A stretch of 64,000 bases of DNA from Candidatus Kapaibacterium sp. (GTDB lineage: Bacteria; Bacteroidota; Ignavibacteria; Kapaibacteriales; UBA2268). Below, one piece after another: positions 29,175-40,400 of the stretch. The notes under the pieces are model-generated. The model made no database searches. It saw only the letters and a list, made by a program, of their open reading frames with translations, and was not told the origin of the DNA. The stretch spans positions 608,001 through 672,000 of the forward strand of contig OY762428.1 of assembly GCA_963665665.1 (NCBI GenBank). The letters run 5' to 3'. The position numbers and the translations under genes are program-made. Positions within the stretch are counted from its first letter, which is position 1. The number at the start of each line of letters is the position of its first letter.

Positions 29175-32100
29175 TTACTCCACAACCACCTTATCATAAT
29201 AAACGCCGGTGGCGGTTTTCAGGATGAGGAAGTAGAGGCCGGAGGGCAATTCCTGAATGTTTATTTTAATTTTGTCTTTGCTGTTAATGGGAAGTTCGCG
29301 GAGGAGCTTGCCCTGTGAATCATATATTTCAAGGCTCTGCGGGTTGGAAATGTCGCCGCTGAGATTGATTTCGATTTGGCCGGTTGCAGGGTTGGGACAG
29401 GCTGTGATGCCGGGGATGGCGAATGTGGATATGGCGCGAAGGTCGCCAATGCAGATCTCTTCGACTTTCAGCAGGCCGTTTTCGGTGGAATTGTCGATAT
29501 AGGGGCTGTCCCACTCGAAGCTGTTTATCTTTAAATCGCATTCGCGTATGTCGGACAGCAGCAGGCCGCCGGAAAGTTCCGCTATTGCCTGCTCGCCTTT
29601 GCTAAGGCTGATATTTTCTCCCGATATACTTAAAATTCGCTCTCTGCCGGATTTTTCATTGCTGAGAATGGTTGCGTTGTCAATGCCGGTAAGGTCGTAC
29701 AGATAAGCGTCAAGGCTGATCTCGGCGGTGTAGGACAATCCGCTTATATCCTCGGTGGAATTCAGGCTTACCATTAACGGGATGCGGAAATCAGGATCGC
29801 CTATAGTTCCTATTGTTTCGGGGAAGAAAATCAGGTTTTCATGTTTTACTATACCGGATATATCAATAGTATCCCGATATTCGCAGAATGGGCCGGCAAA
29901 CTTCAGGTATATTTTATCATCATAATCTCCTGCAATGCCTGAGAATAAAGATACAGTCAGCATTTCAGAATTACCTGTGTTAATTTTCCTTCCTGTCAGG
30001 TCGGGAGCAATAGAAAATTCGGCTGCATTTTCAAGGCTGATTTCTTCTATTGTAAAATCATATTCGCCGGTATTCTTTATTTCGATTTGCTCTGTTGCGT
30101 TTTCGCTGATCCTCGCCAAAACCGAGACTGATTCGGGAATTTCGTAAAGGATTGTGTATCTTTCGCCTTGCAGTTCTGTAGTGAATTCTTCCTCAACCAT
30201 ATCGATCAATATTATATTTCGAGCCTGTGCTGTTTTTGGGCCGTTTGTGGATGATTCGGGAGTGAAAACGACTTTCTCAATTATTGATTCTCCCGGTAGA
30301 ATCTCCAAATTTTCATAACTATCTTCGAATGAAAACAGCTCTTTATCAGTGCCTTGAATTTCACTGGAAAGTAGTGATATTGGTAGGCTGCCTGTGTTTT
30401 TAATCTCAATATCCATCGTTTTTGACTGGCAGAATTCCGTTTCATTATAATTGCAAATGGGAGTTACTTCAACCGAGGATTTTATGCCGGTAGCATCAAT
30501 TTTGAAAGCTACGGTATCAGGGCAGGGACCTTGAATAATGATCTGAGGCCATGCTGAATAATCAATTGCATCAGCCAGATTGATTTTCGCATCTATTTCG
30601 TATTCCTCGCTTGTCGGGATGATGAATGATTGCGGCTGAATTTCCAGCCAGTCATGGTTTTCAATTATTTCTGATATAACCAGGTCGAAACCGTTGTGGT
30701 TGGTGAGTACGCATTTCAAAGTAGAATCGCGGTTTATTCCCACATTGCCGAAGGAAATATTTTCAGAAGTCAGGTTTACGGATTCTGTCTCGCCGCGAAG
30801 CCTGACAGTTCGGAATTCCTCCTCCGGGTGGTCGGTTTTGATCCTCAGTTCGCCAGTTTTCAGGCCGTCGGGAGCTTGCGGAGTAAAGCGTATCAGGTAG
30901 AACGCGGTGTCGAGAAAATTAAGGACAGTCCCCATTGGCGTTGCCGAAACAATTTCAAAATCATCTTTATTATTAAGGTATCCTTCGTCAAGGAGTTCAA
31001 TCGGGGCGGCGCCGCAGTTCACAAGCCTGACAGTATCGAGCGGAGTTTCGCAGGAAGCCACGAATCCGTAATCAATATCGTTGGCTTTTAGCTCGTAGCG
31101 AAGTGTTATAGTATGCAGTTTCACAAAGCCGTCGATCGGACAGGCCTCGCCAATCTTTTGGGTTTCAACAGAAAGCGTATCAAAATACTCAGCCTCGGCT
31201 GTGCCCTGAACTGTCATTGTAACAATCATGCTGTCGCCGGGAATGAGGACTGCCGGTATAGCCGGGGCTGTTTCGGTGATCCTGAATGGCAGATCGAAAT
31301 CATTTAAATCACTAATGTACAAATCTGAGGTTCCGGTATTTTGGATAGTGAATGTCTTTTCTGGCCTTTTTCCGAACTTCACATACCCGAAGTCAATATG
31401 ATTGCTGATCTCCATTCCAGGCTCAACGACGAGAGCTTTTATCAGCAGGGAGTCCATTATCGCATCGTCTTCATTGCAGTAGATGTACATCATTGTTTCA
31501 ATCGGCCCGGTTTTGTCCGGGCCAATATGTATTCTCACACCAAGTGTATCATTCCAGAAAAGCGAGTCCCCACGCATGTATTCGCCGGAAAAATGCTCAA
31601 TATCCGTGAAAACCGGCGGTTTTAGTTGCAGGCCGAAATCCGAGAAATTCTTAACTGCCGCAAAGCCTGTTTTAGTATCGCCAAGGCAAATTTTTCCCAG
31701 ATCAAGGGTATCAAACTGCTCTTCAATGTTTTGGTCGTAAATCTCAAAATTAATCCTCTCAACGGTAAATTTCGCAAGGAATGCAGACTGCTTGGATACC
31801 TGGTAATCTGTATTTACAGAATCCCATACATCTGGTAAAAAGTCTTTCGCCCGGCCGCCAACTAATATTGTATTTGGCGGTTCAAATTTTATTGTAAATA
31901 GAGAAATCGGTACGTCGTAAGTCCATAATATTTTTCCATAAGGATCAATTTTATATACACCTTTCCTTGTTGCAATAAAAGCATTGCCATATTGATCAAC
32001 GCTGTTTAACTGACATTCTGCCATAGGATCAATTTCAAATAAAACTCCTGTGGTAGGGTAAATAATATTATAGATCAGGTTCCCTTCTTTATCAATTTTT

Positions 32101-33077
32101 GTTGTACATTTATTATCCCAGGGTGTATCGTCAAAATTAGAATCAACACCCGAAAAAATGATATTATCATCACTATCAACTGCAATCCACCTGACTTCAT
32201 ATCCCGATATTGATTTTTTTCTAAACAGGACTGAACCGTCTTCTTTATTTAAAATATAGTAATTATAATCCAACATGGAATGTGTGTCTGATCTTAGAAC
32301 GATCAGATCATCATTACTATTTAATGCAATAATAAGTACATAGTTTGCAAAATATTTTTTCCATTCAAGAATTCCGTCCCTATTAATTTTACAGAAATTT
32401 TCGCAATATCCATAACGGCAATAAATATTACCCTCTTTGTCAGAAATAAGATATGAGAATATGGGAACAACTTCGGGATTTTTAAATGACCATAATATTT
32501 TGCCGTCGGGAGAGTATTTTTCCAACCTGTTTTGGGTACCAATTATAATATTATCCCAGGGGTCAATACAAATAGTCGGGAGCCTGTCTTCCGGAAACAT
32601 AATTTCCCATAATCGATTTGAATTCGAATCCATTTTGACTAAATATGTTTTCCAATCTTTTTTATGGCCCGGTTGGATATTCGTAACAAAAATAACATTA
32701 CCTTTGGAATCGTAATCAATATCATACGTCGTTGCTCCTGCATAATATGCAGCCCAGTCTAAGTGAATTGGGATGCTGTCTCTTGTTTGTGAGTAGGATG
32801 AAGATAGTGATATTATAAAAACTAAAATAGATAGTATTAAAGCACGCATAAAAACTCCGGGATAGTATGATTCTAAACTTGGATTAATAGGATTTATAGG
32901 ATGTATAGGATGAATTGGATTATTGGGATGTATAGGATTAATAGGATGAACAGGATGAACAGGATGAATTGGATGAACAGGATAAATAGGATGTATAGGA
33001 TAAATAGGATAAATAGGATGAACAGGATAAATAGGATTATTGGGATAATCAATCTTATTTTTTGTTGGATATGGCAT
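29175..33077 (-). CDS. T9SS surface protein paralog 1: beta-propeller head + choice-of-anchor D/ASH-like stalk + CTD (alternative start 32849)
   Basis: Signal MRALILS after a Pro-x-x repeat; DxxGNI/W propeller repeats; IDFGYV..NTG Ig-like repeats; CPNPA..SGLYFL. Confidence 0.85.
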   Translation of the reverse strand: MPYPTKNKIDYPNNPIYPVHPIYPIYPIHPIYPVHPIHPVHPVHPINPIHPNNPIHPIHPINPINPSLESYYPGVFMRALILSILVFIISLSSSYSQTRDSIPIHLDWAAYYAGATTYDIDYDSKGNVIFVTNIQPGHKKDWKTYLVKMDSNSNRLWEIMFPEDRLPTICIDPWDNIIIGTQNRLEKYSPDGKILWSFKNPEVVPIFSYLISDKEGNIYCRYGYCENFCKINRDGILEWKKYFANYVLIIALNSNDDLIVLRSDTHSMLDYNYYILNKEDGSVLFRKKSISGYEVRWIAVDSDDNIIFSGVDSNFDDTPWDNKCTTKIDKEGNLIYNIIYPTTGVLFEIDPMAECQLNSVDQYGNAFIATRKGVYKIDPYGKILWTYDVPISLFTIKFEPPNTILVGGRAKDFLPDVWDSVNTDYQVSKQSAFLAKFTVERINFEIYDQNIEEQFDTLDLGKICLGDTKTGFAAVKNFSDFGLQLKPPVFTDIEHFSGEYMRGDSLFWNDTLGVRIHIGPDKTGPIETMMYIYCNEDDAIMDSLLIKALVVEPGMEISNHIDFGYVKFGKRPEKTFTIQNTGTSDLYISDLNDFDLPFRITETAPAIPAVLIPGDSMIVTMTVQGTAEAEYFDTLSVETQKIGEACPIDGFVKLHTITLRYELKANDIDYGFVASCETPLDTVRLVNCGAAPIELLDEGYLNNKDDFEIVSATPMGTVLNFLDTAFYLIRFTPQAPDGLKTGELRIKTDHPEEEFRTVRLRGETESVNLTSENISFGNVGINRDSTLKCVLTNHNGFDLVISEIIENHDWLEIQPQSFIIPTSEEYEIDAKINLADAIDYSAWPQIIIQGPCPDTVAFKIDATGIKSSVEVTPICNYNETEFCQSKTMDIEIKNTGSLPISLLSSEIQGTDKELFSFEDSYENLEILPGESIIEKVVFTPESSTNGPKTAQARNIILIDMVEEEFTTELQGERYTILYEIPESVSVLARISENATEQIEIKNTGEYDFTIEEISLENAAEFSIAPDLTGRKINTGNSEMLTVSLFSGIAGDYDDKIYLKFAGPFCEYRDTIDISGIVKHENLIFFPETIGTIGDPDFRIPLMVSLNSTEDISGLSYTAEISLDAYLYDLTGIDNATILSNEKSGRERILSISGENISLSKGEQAIAELSGGLLLSDIRECDLKINSFEWDSPYIDNSTENGLLKVEEICIGDLRAISTFAIPGITACPNPATGQIEINLSGDISNPQSLEIYDSQGKLLRELPINSKDKIKINIQELPSGLYFLILKTATGVYYDKVVVE
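32880..33045. repeat. 9-bp tandem repeat, ~18 units (A/T)AGGAT(G/A/T)(A/T)A
   Basis: Reads P(I/V)(H/Y/N) x18 in frame on the minus strand. Confidence 0.9.
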
Positions 33078-33648
33078 ATTTTCATCCTCTCCTTTTTTAT
33101 TCTTGTGATTTAGCTAATATAACAAATTATCCGGTATAAAGTTGCAGGGGTTGTGAATTATTATTTCCGGCCCTGTCTCAATCCCCGCAGATCTTTCACT
33201 CTGAGCGCAGCGAAGAGTCCATTCTTTATACATTCCCCCTCATTACGAAGTTGTAATTCGTAATGCAGTTTTCTTTTGAAGCTGAGCTTCTCTATTTCAA
33301 AGTAGAACTTTGCAGGAAAAATTCATTCCCAAGTACAACTTGGGAAGGAGGGAAAATCACCTGTCCCCCGCTGGCGGGGGTGTCCGAAGGACGGGGGTGG
33401 ACTTCCGGAAAATTCCCCTCGTTGAGGGGTGGCGAGCGCAGCGAGTCGGGGTGGATTCTTCACACACTATCTGCAAACAAAGATGGATTCTTCGGTCGCT
33501 TCGCTCTCTCAGAATGACCGCTTTTAGTTCAGGGATGCCTGTTACCAGAGAAGAATCCACCCCCGCCTCTCCGCCGGACGGGAATGACCGCTTTATACAA
33601 TTTTTATATATTTTCAAAGTTCAGCTGAATAGTAACATTTCGTTTATC

Positions 33649-36600
33649 TTACTCCACAACCAGCTTATCATAATAAATGCCGGTGGCGGTTTTCAGGATG
33701 AGGAAGTAGAGGCCTGAGGATAATTCCTGAATGTTTATTTTAATATTGTCTTTGCTGTTAATGGGAAGTTCGCGGAGGAGCTTGCCCTGTGAATCGTATA
33801 TTTCAAGGCTTTGGAGATTGGAGATGTCGCCGCTGAGATTGATTTCGATTTGGCCGGTTGCAGGGTTGGGACAGGCTGTGATGCCGGGGATGGCGAATGT
33901 GGATATGGCGCGAAGGTCGCCAATGCAGATCTCTTCGACCTTCAGCAGGCCGTTTTGGGTGGAATTGTCGATATAAGGGCTGTCCCACTCGAAGCTGTTT
34001 ATTTTTAATTCGCATTCTCGAATGTCGGAAAGAAGCAGGCCGCCGGATAGTTCCGCTATTGCCTGTTCGCCTTTGCTAAGGCTGATGTTCTCGCCTGATA
34101 TGCTTAAAATCCGCTCCCTGCCTGATATTTCATTGCTGAGAATGGTTGCGTTGTCAATTCCCGAAAGGTCGTAAAGATAGGCGTCAAGACTTATTTCAGC
34201 GGTGTAGGAAAGTCCGCTTACATCCTCGGTGGAATTCAGGTTTACCATTAACGGGATGCGGAAATCAGGATCGCCTATCGTACCCGATGTTTCGGGGAAT
34301 AAAATCAGGTTTTCATGTTTTACTATTCCTGATATATCTATAGTATCCCGGTATTCGCAGAATGGCCCGTTGAATTTAATATATATTTTATCTTCATATT
34401 CTCCTGCAATGCCTGAAAATAAAGATACAGTCAGCATTTCCGAAAGTCCCGCATTGATTTTCCTTCCTGCCATGTCGGGAGCAATTGAAAATTCGGCTGC
34501 ATTTTCAAGGTTGATTTCTTCTATCGTAAAATCATATTCTGCCGTGTTCTTTAATTCAATTTGTTCTGTTGCGTTTTCGCTGATCCTTGCTGAAACCGAG
34601 ACGAATTCCGGAATATCGTAAAGTATTGTGTATCTTTCACCTTGCAGCTCTGTAATGAATTCCACTTCAACCATATCGATCAATATTATATTTCGAGCCT
34701 GTGCTGTTTTCGGGCCGTTTATGGATGATTCGGGAGTGAAAATGACTTTCTCAATTATTGATTCTCCGGGCAGAATCTCAATATTCTCATAATTGTCTTC
34801 GAATGAAAACAGCTCTTTGTCAGCGCCTTGAATTTCTCCTGAAAGTAGTGATATTGGTAGTTTGCCGGTGTTTTTAATCTCAATATCCATCGTTTTGGAC
34901 TGGCAGAATTCAGTTTCATTATAATTGCAAATGGGAGTTACTTCAACGGAGGATTTTATGCCTGTGGCATCAATTCTGAAAGCCACTGTATCAGGGCAGG
35001 GGCCTTGAATAATGATCTGCGGCCATGCTGAATAATCGATAGGATCACTTAGTTTGATCTTTGTATCAATTTCATAATTCTCTCCGGCAGGGATAGTAAA
35101 TGATTGCGGCTGAATTTCCAGCCAGGCATGGTTCTCAATTATTTCGGATATTGTTAGTTCGAAGCCGTTGTGATTGGTGAGTACACATTTCAAAGTTGAA
35201 TTGCGGTTTATTCCCACATTGCCGAAGGAAATATTCTCAGCAGTGAGGTTCACAGATTCGGTCTCGCCGCGAAGCCGGACAGTGCGGAATTCCTCCTCAG
35301 GATGGTCGGTTTTGATCCTCAGTTCGCCAGTTTTCAGCCCGTCGGGCGCTTGTGGGGTAAAGCGTATCACATAAAAAGCGGTGTCGAGAAAATTAAGGAC
35401 AGTCCCCATTGGCGTGGCCGACACAATTTCAAAATCATCTTTATTATTAAGGTATCCTTCGTCAAGGAGTTCAACCGGGGCTGCGCCGCAGTTCACAAGC
35501 CTGACGGTGTCTTGCGGGGTCTTGCAGTCAGCCACGAAGCCGTAATCAATATCGTTGGCTTTTAGCTCGTAGCGAAGTGTAATAGTATGCAGGTTTACAA
35601 AGCCGTCTATCGGACAGGCCTCGCCAATCTTTTGAGTTTCAATCGAAAGGGTATCGAAATATTCCTCTTCTGCTGTGCCCTGGACTGTCATTGTAACTAT
35701 CATGCTGTCGCCGGGAATGAGGACTGCCGGTATAGCCGGGTCTGTTTCACTGATCCTGAATGGCAGATCGAACTCATTTAAGTCGCTGATATACAAATCT
35801 GAAGTTCCGGTATTGTGTATTGTGAACGTCTTTTCTGGTCTTTTCCCGAACTTCACATACCCGAAGTCAATATCATTGCTGATCTCCATTCCCGGCTCGA
35901 CAACGAGGGCTTTTATCAGCAGGGAATCCATTACAGCATCGTCTTCATTGCAGTAGATGTACATCATTGTTTCAATCGGCCCGGTTTTGTCCGGGGCAAT
36001 ATGTATTCTCACACCAAGGGTATCATTCCAGAAAAGAGAATCCCCGCGCATGAATTCGCCCGAGAAATGCTCTGAGTCAGTAAACACCGGCGGCTTTAGT
36101 TGCAGGCCGAAATCCGAGAAATTCTTAACTGCCGCATATCCTGTTTTCGTATCGCCAAGGCATATTTTCCCAAGATCAAGGGCACTAATTTCGTTAAAAT
36201 TGTTATATTTTACTATTTGAAAATGAATTTTTGTTTTGGTACTCGCCGTTCTTACAATTCTAAAACCAACATATTCAGATTTATACTTAAGATACTTTGG
36301 ACAATTCCTATCGGACGCTCTACAATATGCAGATCTATTCCCAAAACATCCCCCTCTCATAACATGGACCCTCCCTTTAATTGGCCCTCGAGGATCAACT
36401 GAAGGTGCTTCTTCGTAATATTTAGAATCATACCAGTCCCAAACCCATTCCCATACATTACCAATCATATCAAAAAGACCGTATGAATTTGGATCTTTCT
36501 TACCTACATTATGAGTCTCATTGTTTGAATTTCCACAATACCACGCAATTTTATTCTCATTGTTATCAATTGGGAAACAATCAAAATTATCAATATTTCC

Positions 36601-37065
36601 AGAATATATGTCAGTTGATGTTCCTGCTCTGGATGCACATTCCCATTCAACATCAGTTGGAAGCCTATATCCAGATGCTTCAAAATCACATATTACATTT
36701 TCATTTTCAATTATATAACAAGGCTCTAATCCGTCAATTTTTGATAAATTATTACAGAATTCAATGGCTTCAAACCACGAAATATTTTCGACTGGCCTGT
36801 TTTTACCATGAAAAACACTATTATTATATCCCATAACATTTTCCCAATCAGCTTGACTAATCTCGAATTTACCAATATAAAAACTATAGGATATTGTTGC
36901 CTTATGAACTGGAGTTTCATCACGATGAGACTCAGGAAATGAAGTAATATTGCCTCTAATATAAGAACAACTATCAATTTTTATCATTTTTTCAATAAAA
37001 TAAGCATCTTTGGAGAATGCACGATAGCAACTTAGTATTAATAGAATCATTATAATAAAACGCAT
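33649..37065 (-). CDS. T9SS surface protein paralog 2: FGE-sulfatase (SUMF1/C-type lectin fold) head + same stalk + CTD
   Basis: RPVENISWFEAIEFCN, YRLPTDVEWE, PNSYGLFDMIGNVWEW, RGGCF, GFRIVR, then joins shared stalk at LDLGKICLG. Confidence 0.9.
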   Translation of the reverse strand: MRFIIMILLILSCYRAFSKDAYFIEKMIKIDSCSYIRGNITSFPESHRDETPVHKATISYSFYIGKFEISQADWENVMGYNNSVFHGKNRPVENISWFEAIEFCNNLSKIDGLEPCYIIENENVICDFEASGYRLPTDVEWECASRAGTSTDIYSGNIDNFDCFPIDNNENKIAWYCGNSNNETHNVGKKDPNSYGLFDMIGNVWEWVWDWYDSKYYEEAPSVDPRGPIKGRVHVMRGGCFGNRSAYCRASDRNCPKYLKYKSEYVGFRIVRTASTKTKIHFQIVKYNNFNEISALDLGKICLGDTKTGYAAVKNFSDFGLQLKPPVFTDSEHFSGEFMRGDSLFWNDTLGVRIHIAPDKTGPIETMMYIYCNEDDAVMDSLLIKALVVEPGMEISNDIDFGYVKFGKRPEKTFTIHNTGTSDLYISDLNEFDLPFRISETDPAIPAVLIPGDSMIVTMTVQGTAEEEYFDTLSIETQKIGEACPIDGFVNLHTITLRYELKANDIDYGFVADCKTPQDTVRLVNCGAAPVELLDEGYLNNKDDFEIVSATPMGTVLNFLDTAFYVIRFTPQAPDGLKTGELRIKTDHPEEEFRTVRLRGETESVNLTAENISFGNVGINRNSTLKCVLTNHNGFELTISEIIENHAWLEIQPQSFTIPAGENYEIDTKIKLSDPIDYSAWPQIIIQGPCPDTVAFRIDATGIKSSVEVTPICNYNETEFCQSKTMDIEIKNTGKLPISLLSGEIQGADKELFSFEDNYENIEILPGESIIEKVIFTPESSINGPKTAQARNIILIDMVEVEFITELQGERYTILYDIPEFVSVSARISENATEQIELKNTAEYDFTIEEINLENAAEFSIAPDMAGRKINAGLSEMLTVSLFSGIAGEYEDKIYIKFNGPFCEYRDTIDISGIVKHENLILFPETSGTIGDPDFRIPLMVNLNSTEDVSGLSYTAEISLDAYLYDLSGIDNATILSNEISGRERILSISGENISLSKGEQAIAELSGGLLLSDIRECELKINSFEWDSPYIDNSTQNGLLKVEEICIGDLRAISTFAIPGITACPNPATGQIEINLSGDISNLQSLEIYDSQGKLLRELPINSKDNIKINIQELSSGLYFLILKTATGIYYDKLVVE

Positions 37066-37401
37066 AAAAACTCCAGAATAGTTTATTATTACATGTATGT
37101 CAATTGTATATTATTAAATTTGTACTTGTCCGGCATATTTTCATCCTCTCCTTTTTTTTTCTCGTGATTTATAAATATAACAAATTATCCGGTATAAAGT
37201 TGCAGGGGTTGTGAATTATTATTTCCGGCCCTGTCTCAATCCCCGCAGATCTTTCACTCTGAGCGCAGCGAAGAATCCATTCTTTATGATTTTCTGCTAT
37301 TTTATATGGATTCTTCGGTCGCTTCGCTTTCTCAGAATGACCGCTTTATACAATTTTTATATATTTTCAAAGTTCAGCTGAATAGTAACATTTCGTTTTC
37401 C

Positions 37402-40400
37402 TTACTCCACAACCACCTTATCATAATAAACGCCGGTGGCGGTTTTCAGGATGAGGAAGTAAAGTCCTGAGGACAAGTCCTGAATGTTTATTTTAATTTT
37501 GTCTTCGCTGTTGACGGGGTGTTCGCGGAGGAGCTTGCCCTGTGAATCATATATTTCAAGGCTCTGCGGATTGGAAATGTCCCCGCTGAGGTTGATTTCG
37601 ATTTGGCCTGTTGCAGGGTTGGGACAGGCTGTGATGCCGGGGATGGCGAATGTGGATATGGCCCGAAGGTCGCCGATGCAAATTTCTTCGACCTTGAGCA
37701 GGCCGTTTTGGGTGGAATTGTCGATATAGGGGCTGTTCCACTCGAAACTGTTTATTTTTAATTCGCATTCTCGAATGTCGGACAGGAGCAGGCCGCCGGA
37801 TAGTTCTGCTATTGCCTGTTCGCCTTTGCTAAGGCTGATGTTCTCGCCCGATATGCTTAAAATACGCTCCCTGCCTGATATTTTATTGCTGAGAATGTTT
37901 GCGTTGTCAATTCCCGTAAGGTCGTAAAGGTAGGCGTCAAGGCTGATCTCGGCGGTGTAGGACAATCCGCTTATATCCTCGGTGGAATTCAGGTTCAACA
38001 TTAACGGGATGCGGAAATCAGGATCGCCTATAGTTCCTATTGTTTCGGGGAAGAAAATCAGGTTTTCATGTTTTACTATTCCGGATATTTCAATTGTATC
38101 GCGGTATTCGCAGAAAGGCCCGGCAAACTTCAGGTATATTTTATCTTCATAATCTCCTGCAATGTTTGAAAATAAAGATACAGTCAGCATTTCCGAAAGT
38201 CCCGCATTGATTTTCCTTCCTGCCAGGTCGGGAGTAATAGAAAATTCGGCTGCGTTTTCAAGGCTGATTTCTTCTATAGTAAAATCATATTCGCCGGTAT
38301 TCTTGAATTCAATTTGTTCTGTTCCGTTTTCGCTGATCCTTGCCGAAACCGAGACTGATTCAGGAATTTCGTAAAGTATGGTATATCTTTCGCCTTGCAG
38401 TTCTGTAATAAATTCTTCCTCAACCATATCGATCAATATTATATTTCGAGCCTGAGCCGTTTTCGGGCCGTTTGTTGATGATTCGGGAGTGAATACAACT
38501 TTCTCAATGATGGAATTTCCCGGCAGAATCTCCAAATTTTCATAACTATCTTCGAATGAAAACAGCTCTTTATCAGTTCCTTGAATCTCCCCGGAAAGTA
38601 GTGTTAGCGGTAGTTTACCGGTGTTTTTAATCTCAATATCCATCGTTTTGGACTGGCAGAATTCCGTTTCATTATAATTGCAAATGGGAGTTACCTCAAC
38701 GGAGGATTTTATGCCGGTAGCGTCAATTCTGAAAGCCACTGTATCCGGGCAGGGGCCTTGAATAATGATCTGCGGCCATGCTGAATAATCGATAGGATCG
38801 CTTAGGTTGATTTTCGCATCTATTTCATAATCCTCGCCTGCCGGGATGATGAATGATTGCGGCTGAATTTCCAGCCAGTCATGATTCTCAATTATTGAGG
38901 AAATAGTCAGGTCAAAGCCGTTGTGGTTGGTGAGTACGCATTTCAAAGTTGAATCGCGGTTTATTCCTACATTGCCGAAGGAAATATTCTCAGCAGTGAG
39001 GTTCACAGATTCTGTCTCGCCGCGAAGCCTGACAGTACGGAATCCCTCTTCAGGGTGATCTGTCTTAATCCTCAGTTCGCCATTTTTCAGGCCGTCGGGC
39101 GCTTTTGGGGTAAAGCGTATAACGTAGAACGCGGTGTCGAGAAAATTGAGGACAGTCCCCATTGGTGTTGCCGACACAATTTCAAAATCATCTTTATTAT
39201 TAAGGTATCCTTCGTCAATGAGTTTAACCGGGGCTGCGCCGCAGTTCACAAGCCTGACGGTATCTAACGGGGTCTTGCAGTCTGCCACGAAGCCGTAATC
39301 AATATCGTTTGCAGCAAGTTCATAACGCAGTGTTATAGTATGCAGTTTCACAAAACCGTCAATCGGACAGGCCTCGCCAATCTTTTGGGTTTCAACGGAT
39401 AGCGTATCAAAATACTCCTCTTCGGCTGTGCCCTGAACTGTCATTGTAACTATCATGCTGTCGCCGGGAATGAGGACTGCCGGTATAGCCGGGGCTGTTT
39501 CGTAAACCTTAAAAGGCAGCTCAATATCGTTAAAACCGCTGATATACAGGTCTGAAGTTCCGGTATTTTGGATTGTGAATGTCTTTTCTGGCCTTTTTCC
39601 GAACTTCACATACCCGAAGTCAATATCATTGCTGATCTCCATTCCCGGCTCAACGACGAGGGCTTTTATCAGCAGGGAGTCCATTACAGCATCGTCTTCA
39701 TTGCAGTATATGTACATCATTGTTTCAATCGGCCCGGTTTTGTCCGGGGCAACATGTATTCTAACGCCAAGCGTATCATTCCAGAAAAGCGAATCCCCGC
39801 GCATGTATTCGCCCGTGAAATGCTCTGACTCAGTAAACACAGGCGGTTTAAGCTCAAGGCCGAAATCCGAGAAATTCTTAACTGCCGCAAAGCCTGTTTT
39901 AGTATCGCCAAGGCATATTTTACCAAGATCAAGGGTATCAAACTGCTCTTCAATATCTTTATCGTAAATCTCAAAATTAATTCTCTCAACGGTAAATTTT
40001 GCGAGGAATGCTGGATGGCCGGGTACCTGGTAATCTGTATTTACAGGGTTCCATACTTTTGGAAGATTATCTTCCGCACGGCCGCCAACTAATATTGTAT
40101 TTGGCGGTTCAAATTTTATTGTAAATAGAGAAACAGGAACATTGTATTTCCACAATATCTTTCCATTAGGATCAATTTTATAAATTGCATGAGTTGAAGC
40201 TATATAAGCATTTCCGAACTGATCAACAGCATTTATCTGGTATTCATTCATCGGATCTACATCAAATAAAGCTTCGTTAGTGGGGTAAATAATATTATAA
40301 ATCAGGTTCCCATCCTTATCAATCTTTGCAGTACATTTATTATCCCAGGGTGTATCGTCAAAATTACAATCAACACCCGAAAAAATAATATTATCATCAC

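Noticed and set aside
33649-37065. Complete diversity-generating retroelement
   Set aside because: No reverse transcriptase or template repeat seen in the window
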